Positions 56,023 through 64,000 of a DNA stretch of 64,000 bases are shown here, piece after piece; the stretch's first letter is position 1; each line of letters opens with the position of its first letter. The notes under the pieces are model-generated. The model made no database searches. It saw only the letters and a list, made by a program, of their open reading frames with translations, and had not been told where the DNA came from. The stretch comes from a candidate division WOR-1 bacterium RIFCSPHIGHO2_01_FULL_53_15 (GTDB lineage Bacteria > Margulisbacteria > WOR-1 > O2-12-FULL-45-9 > XYB2-FULL-48-7), in NCBI GenBank assembly GCA_001772335.1, contig METM01000020.1, positions 17,795 to 81,794 on the forward strand. Reading direction: 5' to 3'. Made by a program: the position numbers and the translations under genes.

Positions 56023-56442
56023 TTAAAATGGTATCTCGTCTTCGGCTGCTTGTGGGTCTTGAGTTTGAGTCTTGGGTCTTGAGTCTTGAGCCGCGCTCTC
56101 GGGTCTCCCGCCTAACATCTGCATGCCGTCGGCCACCACTTCCGCCATCGTCTTCGGCTGGCCGTCCTTGCCGGTATAACTTCTGATCTGCAGGCGGCCT
56201 TCGATGGCGACCGGCCGGCCCTTTTTCAGATACTCGCCGCAGATCTCAGCCAGCCGGCGCCAGGCCACGATATTAATAAAATCAACAGCCTGCGCTGAGT
56301 TTGACCCCGCCCCGGCTTCATCGGTTTTCTTCTTGAAGCGGTTGACCGCGATGGCGAACGAGGCGACCGGGATGCCGCTCGTCGTAAAGCGCAGTTCCGG
56401 GTCGCGCGTCAGGTTGCCGATCAAAAATACCTTGTTATACAT
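56023..56442 (-). CDS. ssb: Single-stranded DNA-binding protein
   Basis: It has an OB fold (VFLIGNLTRDPELRFT), a Q/P-rich linker and an acidic tail ending DEIPF. Confidence 0.85.
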   Translation of the reverse strand: MYNKVFLIGNLTRDPELRFTTSGIPVASFAIAVNRFKKKTDEAGAGSNSAQAVDFINIVAWRRLAEICGEYLKKGRPVAIEGRLQIRSYTGKDGQPKTMAEVVADGMQMLGGRPESAAQDSRPKTQTQDPQAAEDEIPF

Positions 56443-56445
56443 AGC

Positions 56446-56853
56446 TTAAAACGGCAAGTCGCTTTCCAACTCCGAATCATCAATGATCTCTTCTTTAACT
56501 TGCGAACCGGCAACCGGCGAACTGTTAGGCGAACCGTCCAGCCTCGTCATATTCTTCGCCACGACCTCCGTCACCCAGCGGCGCTGGCCGCTTTGGTCTT
56601 CGAACGAGCGATTCTGGATGCGCCCCTCAACAAGCGCCAACCGTCCCTTTTTCAAATCCTGGCCGCAAACCTCGGCCAACCGCTGCCAGGCCACCACGTC
56701 GATCAGGTCGATGCTGTCATCGCGCCGGGCGCCGGCCACGGGCCGGTCGACCGCCAGGCGGAATTTCGTGACGGCCGTGCCGTCGGTGGTGGTGCGGGCT
56801 TCGGGGTCGGCCGTCAGCCGGCCCACGAGAATGATCCTATTGAGATTCGCCAA
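56446..56853 (-). CDS. ssb: Second SSB paralog in tandem
   Basis: The OB fold reads IILVGRLTADPEAR. The acidic tail ends DLPF. Confidence 0.7.
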   Translation of the reverse strand: MANLNRIILVGRLTADPEARTTTDGTAVTKFRLAVDRPVAGARRDDSIDLIDVVAWQRLAEVCGQDLKKGRLALVEGRIQNRSFEDQSGQRRWVTEVVAKNMTRLDGSPNSSPVAGSQVKEEIIDDSELESDLPF

Positions 56854-57241
56854 GGGGTTTGCCTTTTATTTCGCCGATCTCGACCGCTTCGGGCGCGGCC
56901 GGGGCGGCTCCGGGCGCCGTCCTTTTTGACGAGGTGCCCGGCAAGACGACGACGGCCCGGGTGAGGAAATAACGAACGATATTCTCGGAGACCTTGAGGA
57001 AGGACTTGAGCTCCGCCGGCACGCTGGCCGGGCTCTTGAAGCGGACGAGGACATAATAGCCCTGGGTCATGGCTTTGGCCTTTTTCATCATCGAAGCGAG
57101 GCGCCGCACACCCCACTTGTCGACCTTCTCGATCTCGCCGCCAAGGGCTTTGATCTTTTCCTCGACCTTGCCGACCATGGCGCCGGTCTTTTCTTCGCCG
57201 AAATTGGGGTCAAAAATAAGTATTAATTCATAGTTGTTCAT
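56837..57241 (-). CDS. rpsF: 30S ribosomal protein S6
   Basis: It has an S6-like N-domain (YELILIFDP...GGEIEKVDKWGVRRLA...YYVLVRFKS) with a C-terminal extension. The start is placed at MNNYEL. Confidence 0.75.
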   Translation of the reverse strand: MNNYELILIFDPNFGEEKTGAMVGKVEEKIKALGGEIEKVDKWGVRRLASMMKKAKAMTQGYYVLVRFKSPASVPAELKSFLKVSENIVRYFLTRAVVVLPGTSSKRTAPGAAPAAPEAVEIGEIKGKPLGESQ

Positions 57242-57248
57242 GAGTAAA

Positions 57249-58333
57249 TTATACACCAAAGCGGATCAGAAGTAAATCCCCGTCCTCGACCGCATATTCC
57301 TTCCCTTCGGTGTGGACAAGCCCCTTTTCTTTGGCTTTGGCCATCGTGCCGGAGGCGATAAAATCATGGTAGTGGACAACCTCGGCGGCGATATAGCCGC
57401 GTTCCATGTCGGAGTGGATCCTGCCGGCCGCCTGCGGCGCTTTGGCGCCGCGGGTGATCGTCCAGGCGTGGGAATCCTTCTCGCCGGCGGTAAAAAACGT
57501 GATCAGGTTGAGCAATTCGTAACCGGCGCGGATCAGTTTAGCGAGCGCCGCTTCCTTGACCCCCAGCTCGGCCAGGTAGGCCTGCGCGTCCTCGGGAGTG
57601 AGTTCGGCCAGCTCGGCCTCGAGTTTGGAGGAGATGGTCACCACGCGAGCATTCTCTTCTTTGGCGATCGCCCGGATGATCTCGACCTGGTCGTGGTCCC
57701 CCGATTCGTCGACGTTGGCGGCATAGAGGACCGGCTTGACGGTCAAAAGCGAGAGCTCCTTCAAGAATTCCCGGTCCTTGTCCTCGATGTGGAAGTTACG
57801 GGCCACTCGCCCGGCTGCCAGCCAGTCATAGAGCTCCAGCAAAAAAGCGTTCTCTCGGACAGCGCGCGGGTCGCCGGTCTTGACCCTTGGCTTGATATAA
57901 GTCATTCTCTTATCGGCCTGCGACATGTCGGCCAAACTTAATTCCAGGTTAATGATCTCGATGTCGCGTTTGGGGTTAACTTCCCCCTCAACATGGACAA
58001 TCTCCTCGCTCTTGAAACAGCGCACCACGTGGAGGATGGCGTCAACCTCGCGGATGTTGGCCAAAAACTTGTTGCCCAGCCCTTCCCCCCGGCTTGCCCC
58101 CTTGACCAGCCCGGCGATATCGTAGAACTCGATGATGGCCGGCACGATCTTCTTGGAGCTGAACATTTTGGCCAGCGTCTGCAGCCGCTCATCCGGCACC
58201 TCGACCACGCCGATGTTCGGGTCGATGGTGCAGAACGGATAGTTCGACACGTTCGCCTTCGCCCGAGAGAGCGCGTTAAAGAGCGACGATTTGCCGACAT
58301 TGGGAAGGCCGACGATACCGAGGGAAAAGCTCA
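57249..58333 (-). CDS. ychF: Ribosome-binding ATPase YchF
   Basis: It has [12 protein letters not shown] (G1), the TGS domain and the YchF C-terminus. The start is placed at [11 protein letters not shown], preceded by TGCTATAAT 6 nt upstream (leaderless). Coordinates are +/-1 nt. Confidence 0.85.
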
Positions 58334-58349
58334 TGTAAAGATTATAGCA
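58269..58349. repeat. Direct repeat copy 1 (~81 bp), the native ychF 5' end plus promoter
   Basis: I read it directly. It is near-identical to 59022..59102, with 3 substitutions and one 2-bp indel. Confidence 0.8.
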
Positions 58350-58381
58350 TATACGCTCTGGGACCCTGCTATAATTGCTGT

Positions 58382-58747
58382 ATGTCCGACAAAAAGGAAG
58401 TTTATATTGTTGGCGGCCCGAACGGCGCGGGGAAGACAACCTTTGTTGCGCAATTCCTTCCAAAATATGTGAACGTTTCCAATTTCATTAATGCCGATAA
58501 TATTGCCAAAGGGCTCTCTCCGCTTGGCGCCCCGCTAATGGACATCACTTCAGGCAAACTGATGCTAAAATTGATCGACAAATATCGTAATAAAGGAGAA
58601 AACTTTGCTTTTGAAGAAACTTTAGCCGGCAAGACGTTGGTCTCGAGCAAGACACCGGAGCTGATCGCCAATAATATCGCCGGAGAATTAAAAGTGATCG
58701 ACCCGAAATATTTGAAAATTTTTGAAGATACTTTAGGTGAGAGATAA
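58382..58747 (+). CDS. Zeta-toxin/AAA-like P-loop protein, probably a C-terminally truncated remnant
   Basis: The protein reads YIVGGPNGAGKTTF. It is 121 aa where the family typically runs ~190-250 aa. It lies between the direct repeats. Confidence 0.45.
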   Translation: MSDKKEVYIVGGPNGAGKTTFVAQFLPKYVNVSNFINADNIAKGLSPLGAPLMDITSGKLMLKLIDKYRNKGENFAFEETLAGKTLVSSKTPELIANNIAGELKVIDPKYLKIFEDTLGER

Positions 58748-58752
58748 ACAAT

Positions 58753-58950
58753 ATGGTGCCGCGCGATAAAACCGATAAGCTTGGACAAATGGCGGAGAAG
58801 GCCCTGAAAGAAGCCGTCAAGGGAGCGCTCGAACAGCATCGCCGCATGAAAGTCCCCGCTGTTTACATGCGAAACGGCAGGATCGTTTATTTAATGCCGG
58901 ACGGCAGGGTGGTCAATAAGCCCAATGACCGCAAAAGCGCAAAGAAGTAG
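58753..58950 (+). CDS. Hypothetical small basic protein (65 aa)
   Basis: The ORF sits immediately downstream of the P-loop gene and inside the repeat-bounded cassette. Confidence 0.3.
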   Translation: MVPRDKTDKLGQMAEKALKEAVKGALEQHRRMKVPAVYMRNGRIVYLMPDGRVVNKPNDRKSAKK

Positions 58951-59021
58951 CTTTCCTCTCCCCTCCCCTCTCCTGCCTTGACTCTGACTTTCCTATAGGA
59001 CTACTGCAAATTAGTCAAGAC

Positions 59022-59102
59022 AGCGCGTTAAAGAGCGACGATTTGCCGACATTGGGGAGGCCGACGATCCCGAGGGAAAAGCTCATAAGATTATTATAGC
59101 AT
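59022..59102. pseudogene. Direct repeat copy 2, a duplicated ychF promoter plus the first 23 codons ([23 protein letters not shown]) with no downstream continuation
   Basis: Its reverse complement contains TATAAT, an ATG and a ychF N-terminal fragment that ends abruptly. Confidence 0.7.
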
Positions 59103-59163
59103 GACAGAAACTTGAAGACCCTTCTGATATTCTGATATACTGATATTCTGAATAACCTGACAC

Positions 59164-59235
59164 GGCCCCATCGTCTAGGGGTTAGGACACCAGCTTTTCA
59201 AGCTGAGAACCGGGGTTCGATTCCCCGTGGGGCTA
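59164..59235 (+). tRNA. tRNA-Glu (anticodon UUC)
   Basis: I folded the cloverleaf by hand. The acceptor is GGCCCCA/TGGGGCT and the T-arm has GGTTCGATTCC. The anticodon loop is TTTTCAA with TTC at positions 34-36. No CCA is encoded. Confidence 0.8.
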
Positions 59236-59267
59236 ATTTTTCTCTTGGTCTTAGAGTAATCAAATTT

Positions 59268-61505
59268 ATGTTGAAACCCGTATTCAATATCGCTTTTGTT
59301 GGTAATTATTCCCCGCGCATTTGCGGGATCGCCACTTTTACGACCGATCTTTGCGAGGCGACCGCTAAACTCCTTTCTCCCCGGTCGAATGTCTTTGCGC
59401 TCGCCGTCAACGACACGGATCAAGGGTGCGCTTATCCGCGCCGGGTGGAATTCACCCTGCAAAAGAACCAGCAGAGGGATTATTATGAAGCGGCTAATTT
59501 TATCAATGCCAGCAATGCCGATGTGGTTTGTATCCAGCACGAATACGGGATCTACGGCGGTTGGGACGGCGTTTATATCCTCTCTTTGATCTCCAGCCTC
59601 AGCGTACCGGTGGTAGTGGTGCTGCACACGGTGCTCAAAAATCCCACCCCCAACCAGAAAAAGATCATCCAGGAGATGGCCCAGCGGGCCAGCCAGCTGG
59701 TGGTGATGAGTAATCTGGCCATAACTATATTGCAGGAGGTTTACGCCATACCGGCCGAGAAGATCAGGATGCTCTATCACGGCACGCCCGATTTTACTAC
59801 GCTCAATAACAGCCACTATAAAAAACGTTTCCAGGTTGAAGGGAACCAGACCCTGTTGACCTTTGGCTTGCTCAGCCCGAACAAAGGGATCGAGACGGTC
59901 ATTAAAGCTCTCCCCAAAATAGTCCGGGAATTTCCCAGGTTGATATATATTGTTCTGGGAAAAACCCACCCCAATGTCCTTAAGGAATACGGCGAGAAAT
60001 ACCGGACCGGTCTGGTCGCGCTGGTCGATGAGCTGGGACTGCAGGAGCATGTGATCTTTGATGACCGCTTTGTCAGCCTGGAAGAGCTCTATGCCTGGCT
60101 CATGGCGGCGGATATCTATATCACGCCATATTTGAACGAGGCGCAGATCGTCAGCGGGGCCCTCTCTTACGCGATCGGGGCGGGAAACGCCATAATCTCC
60201 ACCCCTTACTGGTATGCCAAAGAGATGCTCGCCGAAGGAAGGGGACGATTAATAAACTTTGGGGACGCCGAAGCGCTGGCCGCGGCTCTGCGCGACCTCT
60301 TGTCGAACAAAGCGACGCTAAAGTCGCTGCGCGATAAAACCTATAAATTTGGGCGGCAGATGCGCTGGGAAAAAGTGGCGGAAAAGTATTTGGGAATATT
60401 CAAGCAAACCGCGTCTACCGCGGCCAAAAGATCTTTAGCGCTAAAAACCCCCGTCCTGCTTTTGCGCGAACCGCTATTCGATCTGACGCACTTGAAGCGC
60501 CTGACCGATGATACCGGACTGATCCAGCATGCCAAGTATATTGTGTCCGACCGGCATACGGGTTATTGCCTGGACGATAACTCCCGCGCGCTGATGTTGT
60601 GCGCTTGGGCGTTTTTCCTGCTGCAGAGCGACGATGCCAAGGAGTTAATTTCCACTTATTTCAGCTTTACCCATTTTATGCAAAATTCCGACGGGCGTTT
60701 TCGGAATTTTATTGATTACCAGCGCCACTTTCTTGATGAAATCGGCTCGGACGACGCGTGCGGACGGGCGCTGTGGGCTTTGGGCTATATAATATGGCGG
60801 CCGCCGCGCGATGCCTATCGCTCCCTGGCTTATGAGTGTTTTAAGAAGGCGTTGCCCCACGTGAGCGGCTTGAACCTGCGCGGAAAAGCCCTGGCCATGT
60901 TGGGTTTGGCATCCTATCTGCGCTGCTACCAGGGGGATGAGAGCGTCGCCGCGCAGCTTCGCGAATGCGCTGACTATCTTTTGGCTTTATATAAAGATGT
61001 GGCTGATGATAATTGGCGCTGGTTTGAAGATATCATTTGTTACGATAACGGGATCATGCCGATGGCGCTATTCCAAACCTATTCCATTCTCCGCGAAGAA
61101 AAATATTTGCAGATCGCCAGAGAGTCTCTGGGCTTCCTCGAAAAGAACATAGTCCATAATGACCGCCTTTCGATCGTTGGCAGCCGCGGCTGGTATAAGA
61201 GAGGCGGGGAGAGGGCGCAGTATGACCAGCAGCCGATCGACGCGGCGGCCATGGTCCTGGCTTATCAATCGGCTTACCGGGTTACCCGGGAGAAAGATTA
61301 CTTAATAAAGATGCGGCGGGCGTTCGGCTGGTTTCTCGGCGAGAACGATATGGGGATGTCTTTGTACGATCACGAGACCAAGGGCTGCGCCGACGGATTG
61401 CTGCCGGAGGGGGTCAGCTTGAACCAGGGGGGCGAAAGTACGGTCTCTTTTCTGATGGCGCTTTTGGCCATGAACGAAGAGTATGAAATAGCAAGCGCGG
61501 TTTAG
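59268..61505 (+). CDS. GT4-family glycosyltransferase fused to a C-terminal (alpha/alpha)6-like glycosidase-type domain
   Basis: The N-terminal ~380 aa have the GT-B fold and GT4 motif (EGNQTLLTFGLLSPNKG). I infer the six-hairpin character of the C-terminal ~350 aa from aromatic/acidic repeat motifs. Confidence 0.6.
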   Translation: MLKPVFNIAFVGNYSPRICGIATFTTDLCEATAKLLSPRSNVFALAVNDTDQGCAYPRRVEFTLQKNQQRDYYEAANFINASNADVVCIQHEYGIYGGWDGVYILSLISSLSVPVVVVLHTVLKNPTPNQKKIIQEMAQRASQLVVMSNLAITILQEVYAIPAEKIRMLYHGTPDFTTLNNSHYKKRFQVEGNQTLLTFGLLSPNKGIETVIKALPKIVREFPRLIYIVLGKTHPNVLKEYGEKYRTGLVALVDELGLQEHVIFDDRFVSLEELYAWLMAADIYITPYLNEAQIVSGALSYAIGAGNAIISTPYWYAKEMLAEGRGRLINFGDAEALAAALRDLLSNKATLKSLRDKTYKFGRQMRWEKVAEKYLGIFKQTASTAAKRSLALKTPVLLLREPLFDLTHLKRLTDDTGLIQHAKYIVSDRHTGYCLDDNSRALMLCAWAFFLLQSDDAKELISTYFSFTHFMQNSDGRFRNFIDYQRHFLDEIGSDDACGRALWALGYIIWRPPRDAYRSLAYECFKKALPHVSGLNLRGKALAMLGLASYLRCYQGDESVAAQLRECADYLLALYKDVADDNWRWFEDIICYDNGIMPMALFQTYSILREEKYLQIARESLGFLEKNIVHNDRLSIVGSRGWYKRGGERAQYDQQPIDAAAMVLAYQSAYRVTREKDYLIKMRRAFGWFLGENDMGMSLYDHETKGCADGLLPEGVSLNQGGESTVSFLMALLAMNEEYEIASAV

Positions 61506-63070
61506 CGCTGTTTTAAAAGCTTTTCGAGCAGTTCGTCCACCGGGATGCTGGCCACATGCGATTCCGAGTCGGAAATGGCGTAAGGGATGATCAATTCGCT
61601 GTTGAGTATGATAGAACCGCAGCTGTAAACCACGTTGGGCACATAGCCCTCGCGCTCCTCTTCCCGCGGCATAAGCAGCGGCTCTTCCAGCCGCCCGATT
61701 ATTTTCGAGGGATCTTTCAGGTCTAAAAGCACAACGCCAATGCAGTATTTGCGCATCGGCCCCACACCGTGGGTTAGCAGTATCCAACCTTTTTTGGTTT
61801 CGAGCGGTGACCCACAATTGCCTATCTGTACCAGTTCCCAGCTTTTTTCCGGCGCTTCAATCTTACCCCCTTCAAACCAGAAATGGATATTATTGGAATA
61901 GCTTAAGTAAAGGTTTTCCCCGTCGCTGCGCGTGATCATGGCATATTGTCCGTTGATCTTGCGCGGGAAAAGAGCCATCCCCTTATTGCGCGCCAGGGGA
62001 CCGTTGAGGGTTGAGATCTTGAAATGGTGGAAATCTTTTGTTTCGATCAATTGAGGCAGTATTTCCCGGCCGTTATAAGCGGTATAGGTCGCATAGTAGG
62101 CAACACTGCCGTCTTCGTCAACAAAACGGACAAAACGCGCGTCTTCCACCCCGTTGCTTTCGTTTTGCGAGAGAGGAAAAATGACCCTTTCCGAGATCAA
62201 TTGTCCGTGCGGGAAAAAGACCTCATAATTTGATTCCGCCAGCCACCTGATGTGGACGATGGTGTCATCCAGGTCGCTGGAGGTAAAGGAGTTGCTATTG
62301 CGGATGGTGTTGATCGCCTGGCCCATTTCTTCCAGATTGAAGCTCTCCTTCAATTGCTGGTAGATCGCCTTTGCCGCTTCGCTGAACTGTCCCATTTCCT
62401 CAAGTTTGGCCTTGAACAGCTCCCGGTCGTAAGTCGCATTCAAAACGATCTCGGGTGTGCCCAAAAATGGGCTGACCGATTCCAGAAAAATTGAATTATC
62501 TTTGTCAATAATGGCGCTGCGGAAAACGATCGAGGAGATATGCCCTTCGCCGGTGGCGCGGAAGCTGAAGATCGCGCGGGTTTGCCCCTTCTTCATCTGG
62601 TTCTGTTTGGGATAGATGACGATCGAAGGATTAAAAAGGGCGGCCGATTCGATAGAGTATTCCATCGTAAAACAGGCGCCGAGCAGGAGTTTTCTTTCCT
62701 CTGACAGGGTCGCCGGCTCCTTGATGTTTCCCTCGATCTTCCGGTAATTACTCATCAGGATAGTTTGAATATCCTTGTGGCGGTGCGCAAATTCTTTGAG
62801 CGTTTGCTTGAGCAGCTCTTTTGCTCTCGGTTCGTCCAGCGCCAGGATGCGGCTGATGATGTTTGTCATGTGGTTTTCGCTGCGGGGGTGGAAAGGCCGC
62901 GTAATTACTCTTCTCTTGTCCGGGCGGATATTTTTTAAGGTTTTATTGGTGATGCGCTTAAATAGGCGCGAAATAATGACCGGATCATGGAGCGCGGATT
63001 TGCCCAGTTGCTTATGGGCGATCAAAACCTCCGCGTTTTTTCCAAAAGGAACTTTCTGCTCTTTAGCCAT
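61502..63070 (-). CDS. GH130-like beta-mannoside phosphorylase-family protein with a ~220 aa N-terminal extension
   Basis: The C-terminal region (EDARFVRF, YYATYTAY, beta-propeller) is GH130/DUF377-like. Confidence 0.55.
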   Translation of the reverse strand: MAKEQKVPFGKNAEVLIAHKQLGKSALHDPVIISRLFKRITNKTLKNIRPDKRRVITRPFHPRSENHMTNIISRILALDEPRAKELLKQTLKEFAHRHKDIQTILMSNYRKIEGNIKEPATLSEERKLLLGACFTMEYSIESAALFNPSIVIYPKQNQMKKGQTRAIFSFRATGEGHISSIVFRSAIIDKDNSIFLESVSPFLGTPEIVLNATYDRELFKAKLEEMGQFSEAAKAIYQQLKESFNLEEMGQAINTIRNSNSFTSSDLDDTIVHIRWLAESNYEVFFPHGQLISERVIFPLSQNESNGVEDARFVRFVDEDGSVAYYATYTAYNGREILPQLIETKDFHHFKISTLNGPLARNKGMALFPRKINGQYAMITRSDGENLYLSYSNNIHFWFEGGKIEAPEKSWELVQIGNCGSPLETKKGWILLTHGVGPMRKYCIGVVLLDLKDPSKIIGRLEEPLLMPREEEREGYVPNVVYSCGSIILNSELIIPYAISDSESHVASIPVDELLEKLLKQR

Positions 63071-63170
63071 GGTGTTATTATATTATGCTTAATGCGGCGA
63101 AAAAGCAATGAGCGCGCGCCGGTCGGTTAGCCCCGCTGAAATATTCTCTCATGCTTGCCGATAAACATCC

Positions 63171-63632
63171 ATGATCAGGATCAACTTGTTATCGCCGGTG
63201 AGGATGCGTCTGGCCCCCATCGACAACGACGAGCGGTTCATCTTTACTAACCTGCAAAACTTCCGCGCCATGTCCTTTTGGTCTTTTCACAAGGAAATGC
63301 TCCGGGTAAAAAGCGATTGGCAGCTTGAGGTAGCGCGGGACTGGCATTCGGAAAAGGCAAGCGCCCCAAAAGAAACCGTTAATACTCTCATTAATGATTT
63401 TGGCGCTTATATCCAGCGGCAGTTGGCGGCAAAGCTGATTGAAGCTGACGCGCTCATCGTCAGTTCTGGCAATAAAGACGTCCTCTCAATGAGGCAAAAC
63501 GCCCTCTCGCCTCATGTTTTCAGCGCTTACCTCAAAGCCCAGCTCCGAGACTCTGTCCGGGGATTTGACAATAAATTCAACATAAGCGATCTTCATTCGC
63601 TCTTCGCGCGAATCGAAAATTTATTGTGGTGA
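63171..63632 (+). CDS. Hypothetical protein (153 aa)
   Basis: It is an ORF only. Confidence 0.3.
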   Translation: MIRINLLSPVRMRLAPIDNDERFIFTNLQNFRAMSFWSFHKEMLRVKSDWQLEVARDWHSEKASAPKETVNTLINDFGAYIQRQLAAKLIEADALIVSSGNKDVLSMRQNALSPHVFSAYLKAQLRDSVRGFDNKFNISDLHSLFARIENLLW

Positions 63633-63646
63633 CGCGGTTCTAGGGT

Positions 63647-64000
63647 TTACGTCTTTAATAGCGCCTCAAGCGTCGAAATCCCCTGCTTCTCTAACATCTC
63701 GATCAACTTTAACCATAATTGATAGGTGATCTCGACATCCCCCGGGGCACGGTGGGTAAGCGGTGTAGGAATTTGGAAGTGGGCGGCGACTTTGGCCAAT
63801 TTGTGAGACGGCAAACCCGGCAGGAGGCGGCGTGAGAGCTTGAGAGTGCAGATCGTTGGATTCGGCAGTGTCTGCCCCAAGGTTTCCCCCAGGTGCCGGT
63901 TGAGGAACGGCAGGTCGAAGTCGACATTGTGGGCGACGAGGGGCGTGTCGGCGGCAAAGGCGTGGAGTTTTTCCATGACCGCGAATTTATCTTCACCGTC
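63647..64000 (-). CDS. DnaQ-like 3'-5' exonuclease domain protein. It is partial, with the N-terminus beyond the window end.
   Basis: It has Exo II (HNVDFDLPFL) and Exo III (HRAPGDVEITYQL) motifs of the DEDDh family. The reading frame continues past 64000. Confidence 0.6.
   Translation of the reverse strand, partial: DGEDKFAVMEKLHAFAADTPLVAHNVDFDLPFLNRHLGETLGQTLPNPTICTLKLSRRLLPGLPSHKLAKVAAHFQIPTPLTHRAPGDVEITYQLWLKLIEMLEKQGISTLEALLKT

Noticed and set aside
56030-56100. Tandem GGGTCTTGAG-like repeats
   Set aside because: They lie inside ssb and encode its Q/P/T-rich flexible linker. This is coding low complexity rather than a repeat element.
59175-60050. 291-aa minus-strand ORF overlapping the tRNA and the GT4 gene
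   Set aside because: It runs through a well-supported tRNA-Glu and is antisense to the glycosyltransferase N-terminus. There are no motifs.
1-64000. Screen for CRISPR arrays, rRNA genes, transposases or integrases
   Set aside because: No repeat-spacer periodicity is seen. There are no 16S/23S/5S-like conserved blocks and no DDE/tyrosine-recombinase ORF. The only mobile-element signature is the repeat-flanked cassette at 58.3-59.1 kb.

Overview
This is a 64 kb chromosomal window from a GC-rich (~57%) anaerobe-type bacterium. It is mostly coding, and genes run predominantly on the minus strand. Several genes have an archaeal flavour: small LeuCD, bifunctional PGI/PMI, archease, UPF0280 and a group 3b hydrogenase.

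Content in order along the window:
- A GPH-family MFS symporter (partial).
- A B12 block: a leaderless ferredoxin (57 aa, missing from the ORF track), class II AdoCbl ribonucleotide reductase NrdJ and corrinoid adenosyltransferase CobO, translationally coupled.
- A complete phosphate regulon, pstS-pstC-pstA-pstB-pstB-phoU, with phoR-phoB upstream and a Pho box. The two PstB copies carry complementary ATP-site degeneracies.
- A divergently transcribed HydG-type tyrosine-lyase radical-SAM maturase.
- An AT-rich DUF4258/DUF2283 toxin-antitoxin-like island.
- A group 3b (sulfhydrogenase-type) [NiFe]-hydrogenase operon, hydB-hydG-hydD-hydA-hycI, with a cNMP-binding protein. It is preceded by a zinc-finger-less HypA-like gene and an apparently novel HypC-HydE fusion.
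- Housekeeping genes: maf, dusB, ribD, and rpe, which carries an in-frame 28-bp perfect palindrome.
- A pseudokinase (Hanks-type, catalytic residues lost) next to a split PASTA protein.
- An alpha/beta hydrolase, two twin small ORFs, nadK, tlyA, galT, slt, ruvB, hisB, and a secretin with a pilot lipoprotein.
- pyrC, rnc, an FGE-domain protein, a HEPN/MNT toxin-antitoxin pair, leuCD, archease, mgtC, an NrdG-like activase, miaA, rlmD, a GlnD-like protein with a degenerate nucleotidyltransferase domain, and hisD.
- A GDP-mannose module (NDP-sugar pyrophosphorylase plus PGI/PMI), ctpA, an M23 peptidase, and a compact uvrC.
- rpsF-ssb-ssb-rpsR-rplI with tandem SSB paralogs.
- ychF, whose 5' end and promoter are duplicated as an ~81-bp direct repeat flanking a degraded zeta-like ATPase cassette, next to tRNA-Glu(UUC).
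- A GT4 glycosyltransferase fusion with a GH130-like phosphorylase, and a partial DnaQ-like exonuclease.

I saw no rRNA, CRISPR array or transposase.

The most interesting candidate is a hybrid hydrogenase-maturation module. HydG-type and HypC::HydE-type radical-SAM enzymes, with a truncated HypA, are wired to a [NiFe] rather than a [FeFe] hydrogenase.
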